Program-made: the position numbers and the translations under genes
Shown: piece by piece, positions 62,345-64,000 of the stretch
Layout of the letters: every line of letters begins with the position of its first letter
Numbering within the stretch: position 1 is the first letter of the stretch
Source: a virus
Taxonomy: Duplodnaviria; Caudoviricetes
Length of the DNA stretch: 64,000 nt
IMG/VR virus record: IMGVR_UViG_3300028591_000106
Span: 82,597 to 146,596 of that record
Reading direction: 5' to 3' (one strand)
The notes under the pieces: generated by a model
What the model was told of the DNA's origin: nothing
The model's database searches: none
Seen by the model: only the letters and a program-made list of their open reading frames with translations

Positions 62345-62418
62345 TGCCGTTTAGTGAAGTGGTAACACACCGGTCTCTAACACCGCAAGCGTGGGTTCGA
62401 ATCCCTCAACGGCAACCA
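62345..62418 (+). tRNA. amber suppressor tRNA(CTA), Gln-type
   Basis: Acceptor TGCCGTT/AACGGCA + ACCA; anticodon loop CTCTAAC; resembles the adjacent tRNA-Gln(CTG). Confidence 0.9.
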
Positions 62419-62421
62419 AAT

Positions 62422-62495
62422 ACGGGTGTGGTGTAACGGTAGCATGACGGTCTCCAAAACCGCAGATAGGGGTTCGATTCCCTTCATCCGTGCCA
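62422..62495 (+). tRNA. tRNA-Trp(CCA)
   Basis: Loop CTCCAAA, G73, encoded CCA. Confidence 0.92.
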
Positions 62496-62504
62496 ATTAA
62501 AAAT

Positions 62505-62533
62505 TTGACTTTTTCTTAAAATTATGATATAAT
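62505..62533 (+). promoter_or_regulatory. sigmaA-type promoter
   Basis: TTGACT-N17-TATAAT. Confidence 0.8.
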
Positions 62534-62743
62534 AATTACAGAAAAGGTTGAGGAAATGGCAGATGCAATAGCATCAGCAGTTATGTCAACCAAACTTGGT
62601 AGCACCGGAGTTTTTAAGATTGAGTTTTCAAGGTGCAGGCTTGTAAGTGGTAGCTTAAACTTTCCAGTTAATGTGGCAGACAATCTTACCTTCTGTTAAA
62701 AAGGTTTTTGTTTCGCACCTGCAAGCGTTATTGCAGGGTTCGA

Positions 62744-62818
62744 CGGGATGTAGCTCAGTTTGGCTAGAGCGCCTGCTTTGGGAGCAGGAAGCCGCAGGTT
62801 CGAGTCCTGTCATCCCGA
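62744..62818 (+). tRNA. tRNA-Pro(TGG)
   Basis: CGGGATG acceptor, CCTGC-TTTGGGA-GCAGG. Confidence 0.95.
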
Positions 62819-62819
62819 T

Positions 62820-63097
62820 TCAAGACCTTACCCACTTTTCTAGGAAGTGTATTGGTAAGGCTGCTACGATGAAAATGGCATTATAGCATCCGGCTCTGAG
62901 ATAATGTCAAAGCCCATGCAGATTGGGTGAGAGCAGGTTTGGCATCGTTACTGCTCATTTATTGCGTTGGTTGACCGCATATAGTCTACTCGGTTCGCAA
63001 GGAGCCGTGTTACCTAGTAACTCCTATCATGGAAACCCCCTTCGTGAAAGTTGATTAAACTCTGTCGCTACGGCGTCAGTGCTTGAGGGAGACTTGA
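62820..63097 (+). ncRNA. unassigned structured RNA (about 280 nt)
   Basis: Run of hairpins between two tRNAs, no ORF. Confidence 0.55.
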
Positions 63098-63102
63098 TAC
63101 AT

Positions 63103-63177
63103 GGCGCCATCGTCTAATCGGTTTAGGACATCACCCTTTCAAGGTGAAGATTACGGGTTCGAATCCCGTTGGCGTCA
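63103..63177 (+). tRNA. tRNA-Glu(TTC)
   Basis: TCACC-CTTTCAA-GGTGA. Confidence 0.92.
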
Positions 63178-63186
63178 TCAAATATT

Positions 63187-63320
63187 ATCTATGTGGTGGA
63201 ACGGGCAGACACATTTGGGGTGAATCCGTGCCATTGGCAGAAGGAAACCGATCCGAGGAGAAACCCTATGTTATTCACTCGGGAGAGAATAGCGTGCAGG
63301 TTCAAATCCTGTCATAGATA
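63187..63320 (+). ncRNA. tRNA-like RNA with an expanded anticodon domain
   Basis: ATCTATG/CATAGAT acceptor, Leu-type D arm, long variable arm, GGTTCAAATCC T arm; about 40 nt in place of the anticodon loop. Confidence 0.7.
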
Positions 63321-63326
63321 ATAAAT

Positions 63327-63400
63327 GCCCTTGTACTCCAACCGGCAGAGAGAGCGGTTTTAGAAGCCGTATAGTGAGGGTTCGATTCCCTTCGAGGGCA
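63327..63400 (+). tRNA. tRNA-Leu(TAG), short variable loop
   Basis: GCGGT-TTTAGAA-GCCGT. Confidence 0.85.
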
Positions 63401-63499
63401 CTCACGCTAAGTTTCGGATTTTTCTTAGCGTAGGTCTATACAGTCACGAGCAATCTGTGCAAATGTCCAGTAATAGAGATTTGTAAGTGACTGTTTAAT

Positions 63500-63574
63500 G
63501 CGGCATTCGTATAATGGTTATTACATTGCGCTTCCACCGCGAAAATGGGGGTTCGATTCCCCTATGCCGCTCCA
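63500..63574 (+). tRNA. tRNA-Gly(TCC)
   Basis: GCGGCAT acceptor, loop CTTCCAC, TCCA end. Confidence 0.92.
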
Positions 63575-64000
63575 AGGGGAGCTGCTATGTGCATTATGGA
63601 GTCAGCACAGGCTCCGGCAGTTTCCTCTACCAACAGTGCCTAACACGCCTCTTTACAATGCGTACCAAGTTAGGTCTTTTAATGCACTGGGGAAGAAAGT
63701 CACCCCGAACAAGATGATCTAATCATTCAATTAGGACCTCCGTCCGGTTCGCCGGCGAGCAATGAAAGTATCCAGTCTTTCTTAAGGATTCGAGTTCAAA
63801 ACCTTTCCGCTTTTCGGGGTTTTCCGTTAAATAAACCTTATCATAGTAGATGCGAAATCGGGCGGCGTACACTAATGAGCGCAAATAACTAGCAAATCGT
63901 AATATATTAGCTAGCGAGGAGTGAGGAAGTTTGCGTGGGAAATCGTCGTTACCCAAAGTGGCGCGGGAACTGCTTCCGATGCTGTAGGTTCCTTACTATG
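63575..64000 (+). ncRNA. large structured RNA region, probably continuing past the window
   Basis: GC-enriched, dense nested stems, UUCG tetraloop, no credible ORF. Confidence 0.55.

Noticed and set aside
62419-62421. Theta (HDV-like) ribozyme after the suppressor tRNA
   Set aside because: The suppressor is followed within 3 nt by tRNA-Trp, leaving no room; other tRNA trailers did not fit the HDV topology by eye.
62960-63010. Group I intron 3' end (ATATAGTCT followed by a GNRA hairpin)
   Set aside because: No upstream GACTA P7 partner and no interrupted host gene found.
62094-63956. ORFs 62094-62309, 62671-62886, 63498-63722, 63514-63717, 63723-63956
   Set aside because: They overlap tRNAs or structured RNA and have no coding features.

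Overview
64 kb segment of a large, AT-rich tailed phage. The host is probably a cellulolytic Clostridia/Ruminococcus-type Firmicute, inferred from sigmaA promoters, ChW and CW_7 cell-wall domains, a dockerin-like motif and a GH113 enzyme. The phage reassigns TAG to Gln (genetic code 15), so the supplied ORF track is badly fragmented. Reading TAG as Q joins the fragments into intact genes that end only at TAA/TGA, and an amber-suppressor tRNA(CUA) is encoded at 62345-62418. Layout: 1-20 kb holds amber-rich tail-fibre/virion genes, a GH113 mannanase-like enzyme and the lysis cassette (GH25 endolysin with an amber at codon 2, holin). 20-32 kb holds DNA-metabolism genes (UvrD, ThyX, membrane-anchored GIY-YIG, DEDDh exonuclease, helicase-nuclease). 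32-62 kb holds many short early operons behind near-identical sigmaA promoters, including an amber-free RNA-repair kit (Rnl2, Rnl1, Pnk-HD, Pol-beta nucleotidyltransferase, phosphoesterase, macrodomain) and a vWA/PurA-like cluster. 62-64 kb is a tRNA array interleaved with unexplained structured RNAs. The best candidate for a new system is a Ro60/TROVE-related gene (40805-42277) preceded by a family of RNAs sharing a closing stem plus a CAGC(A/T)A motif. These RNAs carry different cargo (an isolated Gly anticodon stem-loop, a whole tRNA-like domain, a 200-nt folded domain), suggesting Y-RNA-like tRNA mimics or anticodon-nuclease decoys. All calls come from reading the sequence by eye; no database search was run.
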